This document shows positions 43,701 to 61,988 of a DNA stretch of 64,000 nucleotides, in pieces. The stretch's first letter is position 1, and every line of letters starts with the position of its first letter. A program made the position numbers and the translations under genes. The stretch is from the human T2T-CHM13v2.0 reference genome, Homo sapiens. The DNA lies in NCBI RefSeq assembly GCF_009914755.1, contig NC_060941.1. One strand, 5' to 3'. The notes under the pieces were generated by a model. That model was not told where the DNA came from, did no database searches, and saw only the letters and a list, made by a program, of their open reading frames with translations.

Positions 43701-46700
43701 CATGGAGATGAGATTCTTCCCCAACCTCTTCATCCCGCACTAAACCCATGTTCCCAACACAGAGGGTCAGATTCTTGACCAGATGCGGAGATGGAAAGAA
43801 ACATGACCCACAGACGTGAGGATGGGGAGAGGAGGGGCAGGGTGGGACGGAAGTGTTTGGGAGAATAAAAAGCTCAAAGTGGGGGGCTCTGGGGCTTTGG
43901 GAGTCCTGCCAAAGTCTCTCTGCATCAGGAAGAGATTAATCAGAGCTGTTGAAAGGCAAAAGACAGCCTCTTTCTCTGCCTTAAAGATTGTTCTTTCTCT
44001 GGCCTGAGATTATAGAAAAAAACTAAGTGTGGCTACAGCTGTAAGCCCAGGCCCAGACATCCCAGACTAGTTTTTCCTAGTGCCTGAGACAAAGACAGGG
44101 AAGAACTGAAGCAGTGGGTCCTGCAGAGGTGAGCGAGGGCCCTGTGGTCCCCAGGAAGCTCCCTGCTGCAGTGTTCACAAAACCTGCAGCACCACCCATC
44201 CCTCCTGGGCAGGTGCTCCGGTAACAGGAAGTCCCAAGACAAGGCCTCATAGGCAGGGTCTGGAATAGGCTCCACCCAGACATCTGCTCCAGGTTTCCTG
44301 GGCCCAGAGCCCCTGGCTCACTCAGGGCCCCAGGGGAAGGCTGCTTATAGTTCAAGTCCCAGCTGAGCCTTGCCAAGCTCCATAGGGCTTATAGGCGCTA
44401 GCAACTCCTCCCACTTCAAAAAACAAAACAAAACAAAACAAAAAAAAAAAACAACTCAGGAGTTAAAGAAAAAAAAAAAAGCAGTCCAGCACTCTGAGCC
44501 TCCCTAACTCCCTGCCTGCAGCAGGACCAGGTAGGCCTGGATCAATCCCCTGAACCCCAGATGAGGAATCCAGGGCTCCGGTGAGCATGCTTTGCCCTGC
44601 CCCAAATGTGGCCCTGATGCTCCTGGAACCTGGGCCTGAGGGCCTCAGTTGGGGAACATACCACCCACTCTCCCATGAGTAAAAAGGATTTTGAGGCCGG
44701 GTGCAGTGGCTCACGCCTATAATCCCAGCACTTTGGGAGGCCGAGGCGGGTGGATCACAAGGTCAGGAGTTCGAGACCATCCTGGCCAAGATGGTGAAAC
44801 CTCGTCTCTACTAAAAATACAAAAAAATTAGCCGGGCGTGGTGGTGGGCGCCTGTAATCCCAGCTACTCAGGAGGCTTGAGGCAGAGGATTGTTTGAACC
44901 TGGGAGGCGGAGGTTGCAGTGAGCTGAGATCATGTCACTGCACTCCAGCCTGGGCGACAGAGTGAGACTCCGTATCAGAAAAAAAAAAAATTTTTTTTTG
45001 AACTTTTTGAACTCTCTGGAGTGAACCCAGCAATCTGAGGTTTTTGTTATTTTGTTGCCCAGGCTGGAGTGCAGTGGCAGGATCATAGCTCAATGCAGCC
45101 TTGAACTCCTGGACTCAAGCAATCCTCCTGCCACAGCATCCTGAGTAGCTGGGACCATAAGCGCACACCACCACGCTTGGCTAAATTTTTTTTTTTTTTT
45201 TAAGAGATGATGGTCTCACTATGTTGCTTAGGCTGGTCTTGAACTCCTGGTCTCAAGTAATCCTTCTGTCTGGGCCTCCCAAAGTGCTAGGATTACAGGT
45301 GTGAGCCCACCATATCCTGCCCTGGAGGTTTTTTTCTTTTCTTTTTCTTTTTTTAGGTTCCTCTGTTAACTGTGATCCACAGCTAGAACCACCCTCTGGA
45401 GGAAGGGAGGTCATCACTTCCCTTCTTTCAACTATTTGCTCAGCTTGGGCCTCAAATTCTCACTTTTCAAGTGCATCTCATGAGCCCTAACAGACAGGAA
45501 CCCCTTTGTTTCCCAGATCTCAAGTCCCTTCTCCTGGCAGTCATACAACTGGACTTGGAAAGAAGGCAAATAGGATCCTCTTCAAACTCAGCCAAAGTTA
45601 GCTGGCTGGGTTCTCCTTCCCATCTACCTCTCCTGCCAGGAGGAGGAAAGCTAGTGGGATGGGAAACCCAGACTCAGGGCCATCTCCTACTTCCGCACAG
45701 CTAGCAGCCCAGGCCTAACCAGCCAGCCAGCTTGGCCTTGCCACAGGCCCAAGGCCACCCCCCACCAAAACATGTGGAATCCATCCTCTCAGGGGCTGTC
45801 CCAAGGGCACATTTCCTATGGCTTGCATGCCAAGGAAACTGGAGCGGCTTGTCTGTTCCAGGTCCTTCCAAGGCCAAAGGCCCACAGATGGTGCCCAGGC
45901 CAGGTCTCAGTGGGCAGGCCCAAGGGCTACAATGAATGATGCAGGGAGCCCTCAGCAACACCCTGGGCCCATGAATCCCCAACGGGGACAGCAAGGTGGG
46001 AGAGATGAGCCCCAGCTGGAATCCCTGGGACCAGGTCTGTCTCTGCCCATACCCAGACTCTCTTTTCTCTTGAGAAAGGAGGAAGAATGAGGAGTAAGAA
46101 GGAAAAAAAAATCCAGTCACTGTCCCTAGTTAAGCCATCTCCTTAGAAGTGAGGGCCCAGTGGGGCAGGTAGGCTGTGTATACTCCACGAGGATCCCTAA
46201 GGACCTCTGCCTGGAGACATGAGTCGAAAACAGAGGAAGCCCACAGCAAACCCGTAGATGAGCAAGAAGCCAGTGTCAAATGCTTGGGCACATGGCTTCG
46301 GACGTGGTGGAGTTAGAACCTGAAGGCCAAATAAAAATGCAGAGAGGGTGACAAGGCAGATGGGCACAGTTTCCAAGCCCTCTGGGGCAACCTGAACAGC
46401 AGACTAGAGCACTGGCAGGGTCAGGCTGAGGTCCTCACACACTGAGCAGAAGTCGCTGCTTTGCAAGGGCTTTTGAAGCTGCAATCTGAGCAGCTCTCAA
46501 AACCCCAAAGGGGTCAGGACAGCACTCTTTGAAGCAACTCTCGCAGACTCCTCCGGCCCCAGACCAGCAGGGCTCCACTCTGCACGTCCAGACTAATCAA
46601 CTCCCGGACACGATGACAGGAGGCAGAAAGCCCAGAAGAGAGCCGGCCTGTGACTGGGCTGGGCCTCCCCTCAGGCCAGGCCACCACCGTCTCTGGTCTA

Positions 46701-47521
46701 AGCTGGAGTCCTCCCAGCGAAGGCGCCTGGCCCTGCCTCAGGAGTAAAGTCCGCCCGTGCACAAGCTGGAATCCCCTGGCCCTAGCCTCAGCGTCCCGTG
46801 CCCGTGGGAAGCCAGGCTCCTTCCTCCTTATTAGCAGCCGGGAGCCATCTCAGACACGCTAGAGCTCCGCCAGTTCCCAATCAGAAAAAACAGGGCAGAC
46901 TTGGACTGGGACCAAGGCCGATGCAGGGTAACCCCGGTTTCTCAGCGAGGGCCCTTTCCCAAACTTTCTCATCACTTTCCAGCCCTCCTACCCTAGACTT
47001 CTCAACCCACCCGCCACAATTCACTGGCTCCCCAAACTCCTCCATCTCCCAGTCACTCGGAATCCCTGTGCCGCGGAAGCCCCCAGGCCTCCCAGCTGCT
47101 TCCAGCCCTCCGCTGCAGAACCTGCTTCCTCTTCCCACTTCTCCACCGCGACCCGCCGCAGCCCGAGGGTCCCGGCCCGCCCTCCACCGTCTCCCGGAGT
47201 TCCTCATGCATTCCCCAGGGCCCTCACTCGAGGCCCCTTCAGCCGCCGGCCCGGGCGCCCTCGCAGCGCCTCTCGCCCCCGTCCGCTCGCGTCCTCCTTG
47301 CTCACCTGGTACTGCGCCGCGGGGCCCGCGGGGCCCATGGGGCGGAAGGCGGCGGCCCCGGGGCCCCCCACGCCTCCTGCCGGACCCGGTCCCCGGAGCG
47401 CCGGTCCGGGCAGCATGCCGGGTCCCGCGGGGGGAGGCGGCGCTCCCAGGGCCGCAGCCACGGCGCCGCCGCCAGGGCTTAGCGGGGGCAGCGGGAACCC
47501 GCCCGCGCCTCGGCCCGACAT
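37787..47521 (-). CDS. SMARCD2: SWI/SNF subunit BAF60B, complete, 531 aa
   Basis: Exons (minus): 47306-47521, 42290-42474, 42044-42086, 41771-41893, 40261-40416, 39554-39649, 39323-39424, 39016-39177, 38758-38855, 38436-38571, 38147-38269, 37918-38019, 37787-37840; 1596 nt. Pro/Gly N-terminus [12 protein letters not shown] domain ([12 protein letters not shown]...ALWLYIK). Confidence 0.97.
39980..40210 (-). mobile_element. Alu (J-like, partial)
   Basis: Antisense Alu consensus. Confidence 0.8.
40584..40878 (-). mobile_element. Alu
   Basis: Antisense Alu consensus. Confidence 0.9.
41091..41376 (+). mobile_element. Alu
   Basis: Sense Alu with poly-A. Confidence 0.9.
43459..43530 (-). CDS. 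SMARCD2: Alternative first coding exon of SMARCD2 ([24 protein letters not shown])
   Basis: Strong Kozak GCAGCCATGG, 24 codons, phase-0 donor CAG|GTGGGA compatible with exon 42290-42474; gives a 483-aa isoform. Confidence 0.65.
44696..44990 (+). mobile_element. Alu (Sg-like)
   Basis: Sense Alu with poly-A. Confidence 0.9.
45040..45322 (-). mobile_element. Alu (J-like)
   Basis: Antisense Alu consensus. Confidence 0.85.
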
Positions 47522-48130
47522 CGCTCCGTCCCGTCCCGCGGTGCCGCGATCCGGACTCCGGGCTCCGCGTCGAGTCCACTCCGTGCTCTGTGCTCCGCGA
47601 TCCGGGACTTGGCGATCTTAATTCCGGGTTCCGGGATTTGTCGATCCGGGCTCCGGGATTTCCTAATCCAAGTTCGCGAGTTCCTCACAGACCCGGTTCG
47701 GGACAGATTCCGCTCCTGCCCGGGAGATTCCGGATCCAGGATCTGCTGCGGGCCCGCCTTCCGTCCCCGGCCTCCGGAGGTTTGGCCGCCCGAGTCGAGT
47801 TACCCAGAGGCGGCTACGAACTCCCTGCCCCGCCCAACCCAGCCCAGCACTAGGCCCCGCCTCTACCTGGTGCCCAATGCTCGAGTGCCTCCTCGAATCC
47901 TGCCCCTCGCGAGACCCGCCCCCAGCGGGCACCGCCCCTAACTGCCGACCTCAGAGCCCCACCCCCCCACCTTTGGCCCAGCCCTTCGTCGGAGGGGCGG
48001 GAGCGGAAGCTGCGCGCGGAAGCGCCGAGTGAGGCGCGGGGTCAGAGGTCTAAGGTCACTTAGGGGCTTCACAGTGAATGAGCCGTTGCTACTACTCTCT
48101 CCCGGTATAGCACCCTCACCGAATTCCGCG
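47050..48130 (-). promoter_or_regulatory. SMARCD2 CpG island / promoter
   Basis: Very GC- and CpG-rich around exon 1; GC boxes, GCGGAAG ETS cores near 48003-48022, CCTCGCGAGA (BANP/ZBTB33-like) 47905-47914. Confidence 0.85.
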
Positions 48131-48193
48131 GCCACACTCCCCGAAAATAGTTTTGTCAAGTCTCCTTTCTGCATCTTCGGCGTTAAAGACTCA

Positions 48194-48504
<311 letters not shown>

Positions 48505-49663
48505 TCAGCTGCTCTGTGGGGCAGAACAGCAGCCAACTCAACTTCCTGTAAAAGCTCATGCTGGTAGCTCGGAACTGCCAAGGGACCTAGGAGGCTCCAG
48601 ACTTGACCCAGCTGGTGAACGGTCGACTTGGCCAAGGCTGAGTTCTACCGCACATTTTTAACGTGGCTCCGCCTCACTTTAAGGAAGCCTGGTACTTTAC
48701 TCCCCAGAAAATGCTTCTAGTCAAAAGAAATTTGGCTTATGAGAAACCTCCCCGCAGTTTAAAAAAAGAGGTCTTTCTCCAGTATTTATAGCACTTAATT
48801 TTCAAAAATGCAGTATCTTTTCAGGTACACTGTGCTGTATCAAAGTATTCAAAAATGCGTCAGCTGTGCCAGGGAGCCTATCCTCTGATGGTCTGGATCT
48901 CCTCGCCGTGATATGGACCAGTGCTGCTTAAACTTTAATGAGCACATAAAAAACACTCGAGGCTCTTATTAAAAATGCAGATTGTGGCAGGGCCCAGGAC
49001 TCTGCATTTGTAACAAGCTGCCAGCGATGCTGTTGCTTCTCAGACCACACTGTCAAGAAGCCGGGATCTAGACTTTTTTTTTTTTTTAGTTTTTTTACTA
49101 TAATTGCTTTATTTTTCCAGCCCCAACCAAGTAATACTTCCTTCCTTGCATCATAGCACCCCAGATCTTTTTTACAGTATAGTTCTCCAATGCTTTTTAG
49201 AAATTAGTTCTCCTCATGCCTCTAGTGATAAACACCGCTGCTGCTGTTTTCTTACCTCCTGAACTTAGAGATCCCACTCTATTGCCCCAAGAGTCGATAA
49301 CCTGTCAGTCTGGGGACTGGCCACTGGAATTGTTAAAGTCACTGAATCATGGCCCCTCCCATCCCTGTAAAGTGGGTTAAGAGTTCATGATAAGGCAGCT
49401 AATATCCATTTCAATCCTTTTAAGCTTCTAGAACAACAGTAATTCTCAAAGTGATAGGGGCAGTGGAGAATCAGAGTCCTCTTGGAAGCTACTCCAAAAT
49501 ACCTCCGCCAGCCACCCCTCCAATCCAATGGCTCTCAGTATTGTATTTGAAAAATAAGCTTCCTAGGTAATTCTGATGCGACCCAGTGGGTCGCATCAGA
49601 AAACACAAGATTTTTTCTACCCTAGAAAAGGGGCAAGCTAATAAGTGCATTTAAAAGCAGATC

Positions 49664-49981
<318 letters not shown>

Positions 49982-50474
49982 TCAGTTCCTGTCAATCCCT
50001 TGTTTAAAACCCTCCCCAGCTCCCCATTGCTCTTAGATTGAATGTCACACTCCCTCCTGTGACATTTAAGGCTCTGCAGGACCTGGTCCCTGCTTACCTC
50101 CTTGGGTTCATTTTAAATCACTGCCTTTGGCTCTCCAAGCATTGGCCCAGATGGTCTCCTTGCAGTTTTTCAAACTACCCATCCCCTTCCCATCTCAGAG
50201 CCTCTCTGTTCTCTCACACCCTACTTCCCACCAAGTGATTATCACAGTACATCATTACTTAAGTGTGTGCTGATTTACTGTCTGATGTGGCTCACCCACT
50301 AAAATATAAACTCTACGAAGGCAGGATCTTTTTCTCTCTCAATTTTATCTTTTTATTTTAAAATTTGTATTTTTTTAAGACAGTGATTTGCTAGGTTGCC
50401 CAGGCTGGCCTCAAACCCCTGGGCTCAAGTGATAGTTCCTGAATAGCTGAGTAGGTATACACCACACCTGGCTA

Positions 50475-51150
<676 letters not shown>

Positions 51151-51861
51151 GTCTCCCTTGATCCCTGTTGTAACTTAACAAATATGTATGAACAGACAAT
51201 CTTTGAGTGTAGTGGGAGGGAATGATAAACAATAATATAATATCAGTTAATATCAGATATATCAGATAATATAAACAATGAGTTAACTGTGTTATGATAA
51301 AATATCCTTAAGGTGTTAGGGAACAAATAGAGATATCTGAGGCATGGTAGAGATAAAAGGAAGATTTCCTACACAGTAGGCAGAGAATAGGTAACATTTA
51401 CTGAGCATTTTCTACGTGAATTAGCTCATTTAATCATCACAACACATAGGAGGTAGATACCATATATGAGGTACACACTATTTTTACCTCTTTTTTTTTT
51501 TTAAAGAGTTGGGGTCTCACTCTGTTGCCCAGGCTAGAGTGCAGTGGCATGATCATAGCTTGACTAATGGGGCCTCAAACTCCTGGGCTCAAGCAATCCT
51601 CCAACCTCTAAAAACTCCCGAGTACCTGGGACTACAGACACCAGCCTCTATGCCTGGCTCTATCTCTGTTTGAGAAATCAAAGCATGGAGATCCAGTCAC
51701 TTGCCCACCCTCACTGTGATGGTGCTAGGATTCATCAAACCTGTTTCTGATCTGGCTCTAGAATCCAGTCTAGGGACTAACCATTACTTACCACCGATTT
51801 TTGGTAGCTGTGTGTCTGGTCTGTTATTACTTGCAAAGAAACTGTTAAAACTGAAAAGTGA

Positions 51862-52150
<289 letters not shown>

Positions 52151-52909
52151 TGAAATGCAAGTGTCATAGACACTCAGAGAAAAAGAAGTTGATTGATAGG
52201 CCCTGATTAATCGAAGTTTCCTGGAACACTTTGAAGTGGAGGCAATATTCCCCTGCCTTTGTTCCCTCAGCTTGGAATGTCTGTTTCTCTTCCTCCCTTG
52301 ATACTTATTCTGCTCAGTGCCCACTTTTCATGGACTTCATTCAACAACTTTTATTGAGCCCTTGTATGGTCCCAGGCTTACAGTTTAGAGGAGGGACTTT
52401 CCTATAACCTTGAGGCCCTGTTAACATCTACAGATACTCAAAGAGACTAAATGGAACTAAAAAGTATTTAACAAACTATTTAATAATAAAGTATTTAATA
52501 CAACCAGAGCCAATGGGACAATTCCCAGCACAGACTCTGGGAATTTTGGCTCCTTGCCCAGCTGCATGAAAGTAGCACCCACCAAGTAGCTTGGAGAAAG
52601 GCCCTTGGAGCAAGGTGGCCCAGTGCTTGCCCTAGAGCAGGCCAGCAAAGGAACATTCCTCAGTATGGATGTCCTTCAGGGGGTTGGAATTTCATGAGAA
52701 GCAATGTGGATAGTCTGGTCATGGTGGGAAATGTTTACCAAGATGGCAGCACTGGTGGAGCTGTATCAGAGCCTGTCCCAGTTGGAGCACCCCGGCAGCT
52801 AAGTGTCCATCTCCCACATGGATGCAGAGTAGGGAGAGGAAGGGACAGTCAGGGCAGCAGAAGGACTGGATGCCAAGATAATGTAGCAGGTGCTGTACGC
52901 AGCATTTGA

Positions 52910-53200
52910 GAAGCATTTATTGAGCAACTTCTATGTGCCAGTCCCTGACATATGCTGGTAAAGAAGATAAATGCATAAACAAGTCATTTCCCCACATGAC
53001 AACTGCTAAGATAAAAGTATTCACAAGGTACCATGGGGAAACAAGGAGGCCTTTAATGAGGGAAAGGGATTAATGAAGACTTCTTGGAGGAGGTAACAGG
53101 TGAGTTAAGCAAAGAAGACACAGTAAGAGTCAAAGGCATGAAGCTGTACAGGATGAGGAGAATCAGAGTGAGAGTTGCCAGATCACTGAATGTAAGGGAG
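52910..53200. mobile_element. L2 fragment
   Basis: CATTTATTGAGCAACTTCTATGTGCCAG and GAAGACTTCTTGGAGGAGGTAACA typical of the L2 3' region. Confidence 0.6.
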
Positions 53201-53342
53201 AGCTCCTCTTCTGTGAGCACATTGTGGTCACAGTTCTCAACACACATACTGTCACAGCACAGTCTAGCGGTAAAATGCCTGAAGAGTACAGACTTGCAGT
53301 GAGCAGAGATCGCGCCACTGCACTCCAGCAGTGCAGATATCA

Positions 53343-54500
<1,158 letters not shown>

Positions 54501-54664
54501 TGGTACCCATCTATCTAGTGCGTTGGTTCGTGCATTCACTTGTTCCTTTGTGGTCGTTGAACGCCTGTAACGTTCCAGGTGCTTGGGATCCATGAGTGAA
54601 TAAAACCAAGGGCCCTGCCTTCCTTGGGACTTACAGTCCAGGGGAGACAGAGCCGCTGATTTCA

Positions 54665-55469
<805 letters not shown>

Positions 55470-55593
55470 TCACACGCGCGGCCAAAGCAATCCAACAGCA
55501 TGCGTCCCCACCCTCCTCTCACTGCCTACCCCTCTACTGCAAAAGACCTCCCAGTGACTGGAGTGCAGGCCAAGACTTTCAGACAGTTTAAAC

Positions 55594-55878
55594 CATTTTT
55601 TTTTTTTTGAGACAGAGTTTCGCTCTGGAATGCAGTGGCGCAGTCTTGGCTCACTGCAACCTCTGCCTCCCAGGTTCAAGCAATTCTCCTGCCTCAGCCT
55701 CCTGAGTAGCTGGAATTACAGGCGCCCACCACCACGTCCAGCTAATTTTTGTATTTTTAGTAGAGACAGTGTTTCACCATGTTGGCCAGGCTGGTCTTGA
55801 ATTCCTGACCTCAGGTAATCTGCCTGCCTCGGCCTCCCAAAGTCCTGGGATTACAGGCATGAGCCACCGCTCCCAGCC
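55594..55878 (-). mobile_element. Alu
   Basis: Antisense Alu consensus. Confidence 0.9.
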
Positions 55879-56331
55879 TCAGTTTAAATTTCTAATTTGG
55901 GATATAATCCACAGAATAAGCAAAAGGAATTCCAAAATAAATTAAAAATAATTTCTCCTTGGGGTTACTGCTTTCTTTCTCCTTAGCAAGATAAATACAA
56001 AATTTTGTGTTTCAGAACCTGATCATAATGTGCTATGTGAAAACAAGGATGAAAGATTGGAGCTATGGGGATAGTGGGGTGAGGGCAGGGCATGAAACAA
56101 CAAAGAACAAAGTATGTGTCTGTATATGGGTATGAAAACAAAAACAACTCGCCCAGGACTGTTTTTTCTTAAGACTCTTTACAGGCATAGAGATAATACT
56201 AGTAGCAACTACAAAGAAAAACCGATTAGCTTGGCTTATAGTAATGAGCAATGGGAATTTTTTTTTTTTCGTTTTTTTGCTAAGACTGTAAAAGCAGAAC
56301 ATAGTCTCTGAGATAAACTGACAGCAGTGCA

Positions 56332-57216
<885 letters not shown>

Positions 57217-57239
57217 TTAATCTCTAAGAGGAATTGTTT

Positions 57240-57824
57240 GTGACACTGTGGCCCCATTAAAGCACAAATAATCTGGATTCATGTTATAGATTTAAACATC
57301 ATAAGACCTACACATTGGAGAGTGTAACTGCTGGATTAGTTCTAACTGGTTCTACTCCGCTAATAATGGGGTATCAAGTTATTTTACCGGCACAGAGCCA
57401 AGAAGTTGCAAGTCATTACAGTCAGAACATGTGCAGAAAGGGAGACTTTAACCTCAAATACCCCGGGAACTAAAGTCTTGCCCCTCAACAGAACCAAAAG
57501 ATTGGGACATGGCTGGAATATGAGCACAGGAACACTTTCAAAAGCAACGGGTCCAAGCCCAGGAACGTCCAGTGATAAGACCCTTTACCATATCTTACCA
57601 TAAGTGGTACTGTTTGAAGTCCTTCGGATCAAAACCTGTCCTGCCAGCACTTCCACCTATGCCCGTGTCCTCCCTCACACTTAAAATTTGTTCCAGACTC
57701 CAGATTGAAGAGACATATTTGAGCCTGTCTTCTTGCTCAGCCACCTTGCAATAAAAAGTCTGGTGCTTCAGTGTTTGGCTTTACATTGCACGTGGACAGA
57801 CCGACCTGGTTTGGTTCGGTAACA
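57240..57824 (+). mobile_element. ERV1-class solo LTR (5' boundary uncertain)
   Basis: AATAAA at 57750-57755 followed by U5-like end ...GGTTTGGTTCGGTAACA typical of MER4-group LTRs. Confidence 0.55.
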
Positions 57825-57839
57825 AAGAGGAGAGCTTGC

Positions 57840-58146
57840 TTTATTTATTTATTTATTTATTTATGACAAGGTCTTCCTCTGTTGCCCAGGCTGGGAGTAC
57901 AGAGGTGTGGTCATGGCTCACTGCAGCCTCAAACTCTTTGGCTCAAGTGATCCTCCCACCTCAGCCTCACAGGTAGCTAGCACTACAGGTGAGCATAACC
58001 ACACCTGGCTAATTCTTTAATTTTTTTGTAGAGACAGGGGTCTTGCTATGTTGCCTAGGTTGCTCTCAAACCAGTGGGCTCAAGCAATTCTCCCACTTTG
58101 GTGTCCCAAAATGCTGGGATTATAGGCATGAGTCACCGCACCCAGC
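57840..58146 (-). mobile_element. Alu (J-like) with (TTTA)n tail
   Basis: Antisense Alu consensus. Confidence 0.85.
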
Positions 58147-58191
58147 TTAATTTTTCTTATATGGCTTAAAAGCCAGTTCTAAATTACTTTC

Positions 58192-58495
58192 AGGCTGGGC
58201 ATGGTGGCTTATGCCTGTAATCCCAGAACCTTGGGAGGCTTAGGTGTAAGGATCACTGGAGGCCAGTAGTTCAAGATTAGCCTGGACAACATAGTGAGAC
58301 CCCTGTCTCTACAAAAACATTAATAAAAAAATTATCTGGGTGTGGTGGTGTGTGCTTGTAGTCCCTGCGACTCAAGAGACTGAGGTGGGAGGATTGCTTG
58401 AGCCCAGGAATTTGAGGCTGCAGCAAGCTGTGATCATACCACTGCACTTCAGCCTGGGCAACAAAGCAAGACCCTGTCTCAATATATAAATAAAT
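58192..58495 (+). mobile_element. Alu (J-like)
   Basis: Sense Alu consensus. Confidence 0.85.
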
Positions 58496-58988
58496 AATTT
58501 CAAAAAAGGTTTTGAATAATTGTGTCATCCTGGAAAAAGATGATAGCCTTCCAAAGTGGTTATTTTGAAGGGTAACCTTCACTTGGGAGTATAAATTTTC
58601 ATATGCCTGTTATCCCTGTATTAAAAAAAAAAACTCTTTCAGACCAGCATAGAAGTGGAGTTAGACCTGTTCCAAACCCACTGTATGAAAATTAAATACA
58701 AAATTGGAGGGTAGTCCTTCATTTATGGAATACCCAGAATATCATAGGCTCTGTGCTAGGTGCTGGAGACACAAGATAAGTACACTAGAGCCTCTTACCC
58801 TCAAGGAATTTCTAGTATAGTGATGATTACATCACTGAAATAATTCACCAAAGTGAACTAATATATGCAACTTCAGAAATCTTGTTTGGCATAAAGTGAG
58901 GTAGAGATCATGTATAACAAGTAAGGGACTGTGAAGTGGGATAAGGCTAGTCAAGAAGCCTTTCTTAGAAGAAATTAGCTTGAATGAG

Positions 58989-59292
58989 TTTTTGTTTTGT
59001 TTTATTTTTTTGAGATGGAGTCTCACTCTGTCACCCAGGCTAGAGTGCAGTCGCATGATCTCGGCTCACTGCAACCTCCGCCTCCTGAGTTCAAGTGATT
59101 CTCCCGCCTCAGCCTCCCGAGTAGCTGGGATTATAGGCACCCACCACCACGCCCGACTAATTTTGTATTTTTTTAGTAGAGACGGGGTTTCACCATGTTG
59201 GCCAGGCTGGCCTGAAACTCCTACCTCAGGTGATCCACCCGCCTCAGCCTCCCAAAGTGCTGGGATTACAAGTATGAGCCACTGTGCCCAGT
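58989..59292 (-). mobile_element. Alu
   Basis: Antisense Alu consensus. Confidence 0.9.
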
Positions 59293-60296
59293 CTAAACTC
59301 AGTTTTTCATGTTTCCATGCCAGCACCCTTCTATTGACTCAGTCTAATAGATGGAGGCAAACTAGTAAAAAGGTAAGTAGAATACAACTTATACAGGAAT
59401 CTTGATAATATCGCCTCATCCTTTTTCATATTTTCCCCCATGTTTTTGCTATGCACATAAGCTAAACTGAAATAAATAGATATAAGACATTCTTTTAGTA
59501 CACCTTCACTGCTGATGTTTTTGCTGTAATTTTTCTAGACTAGTGAGGTTTCAGAAAAAGGGACTGAGTTTTAATATCAAATAAGCAATTTTCCTTATAT
59601 ATATATTTTTGGTCACTTTCTCCAGCATTGCTGTCTTTTTCTCTCCAGCCTTTGGCCCTTCTTATCAGGATGAAAACGCTTCTGTTTGGTGTCTGGGCCC
59701 TGCTGGCCTTGATCCTTTGCCCAGGTGAGGCTATTCGGGAAAGCTTTTTAAACCAGTATGTGTCAGGACACAGGTAGCTGGTCAGTGAGGAAGGGGGTGG
59801 GGAGTCCTGAGTGGGGTGACACTTCAGTGTTCATTCATCTGGACCCGGGGGAAAGATTCCTGTCTCTTGGATCACTAGGACACAGAATCGTTACGGTCTC
59901 TGGCTTGTATTTGGGATAACACTAGTTAATAGACTATCAGAGAGGACTCTCCCTAGGAAACATGCCTTCTCCGCTTGGTTCCCTTCTGCCCCAGGACTGC
60001 CCTGTGTTTCTCCTCTTGAGAATGTTTTTACTTCTTTGTTGCCACCGTTTGTGTCATGATGAACTATAATAGGCTCTTGGTAGGACAGGACCCATACATA
60101 GCTCAGGTACAGAAAGTGAGTTCTCCTGATGACGGGAAAGGAACAGGGGCCTTAGCAGGTAACATTGCTACAAGAGCTGTGTATTCCCAGAGGGGACTGG
60201 TATTGGGAGGTGAAGTAGATGGTAGATATGGACTAGCTAAAGAGGACCTGTAGAGAAGCCTTCAGGACTTCCTGAAGTCTCCGTGCCCTTTACCTA

Positions 60297-60739
<443 letters not shown>

Positions 60740-61240
60740 TCAAAATGGAATGGTCTCACTCTGAGAAGAGGCATAAAGAAGAGGCATGGAAAATGAGTGA
60801 CCCTGGGAGTTACCTGCAGGCCAATGGATCTGAGAATTTGGTGTGCATAAGGGTCCCCGGGAGGCTTGTTTTATTCCTTAGCATATTTTCAGGTCCCACC
60901 TTCACAGGTTTGAAACCATGCGCTCTGAGGTGGAGTTGGAGTCTGCAGTTTACAAGCATTTAGGATGATTCTGGCAAAGGGAATCCTTAGCCATAATTTG
61001 AGAGAGACACTGCTTTCAGGGATAAGTAATGAAGTTCGAATCCTGTGAGGGTCCACAGCAGCCTATTATGGGGAGCTTTCAAGAATTCTGAAAGTTTAGG
61101 AAGATATTGGTTTCCTGGGCATAATTTTTTTTAGCAACTCCATAATTTCCATGGTGATACTAATAGAGAATTCAAGTTCTCAAGAAAGATGATAGGTGGA
61201 GGGAATAGTGGTGAAATCAGAGCTAACTTGTTAACTACAG

Positions 61241-61543
<303 letters not shown>

Positions 61544-61577
61544 AATTACAGGTCTTTTGTCCTGTCTGGTTGTCTGA

Positions 61578-61988
<411 letters not shown>

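Noticed and set aside
46798-47853. 351-aa + strand ORF (and 232-aa - strand ORF 46881-47579) over SMARCD2 exon 1
   Set aside because: Stop-poor CpG island, non-ATG start, Pro/Arg/Gly low complexity, no recognisable domain.
51225-51280. ATATCAG-type short repeats
   Set aside because: Low-complexity AT-rich slippage, no further structure.
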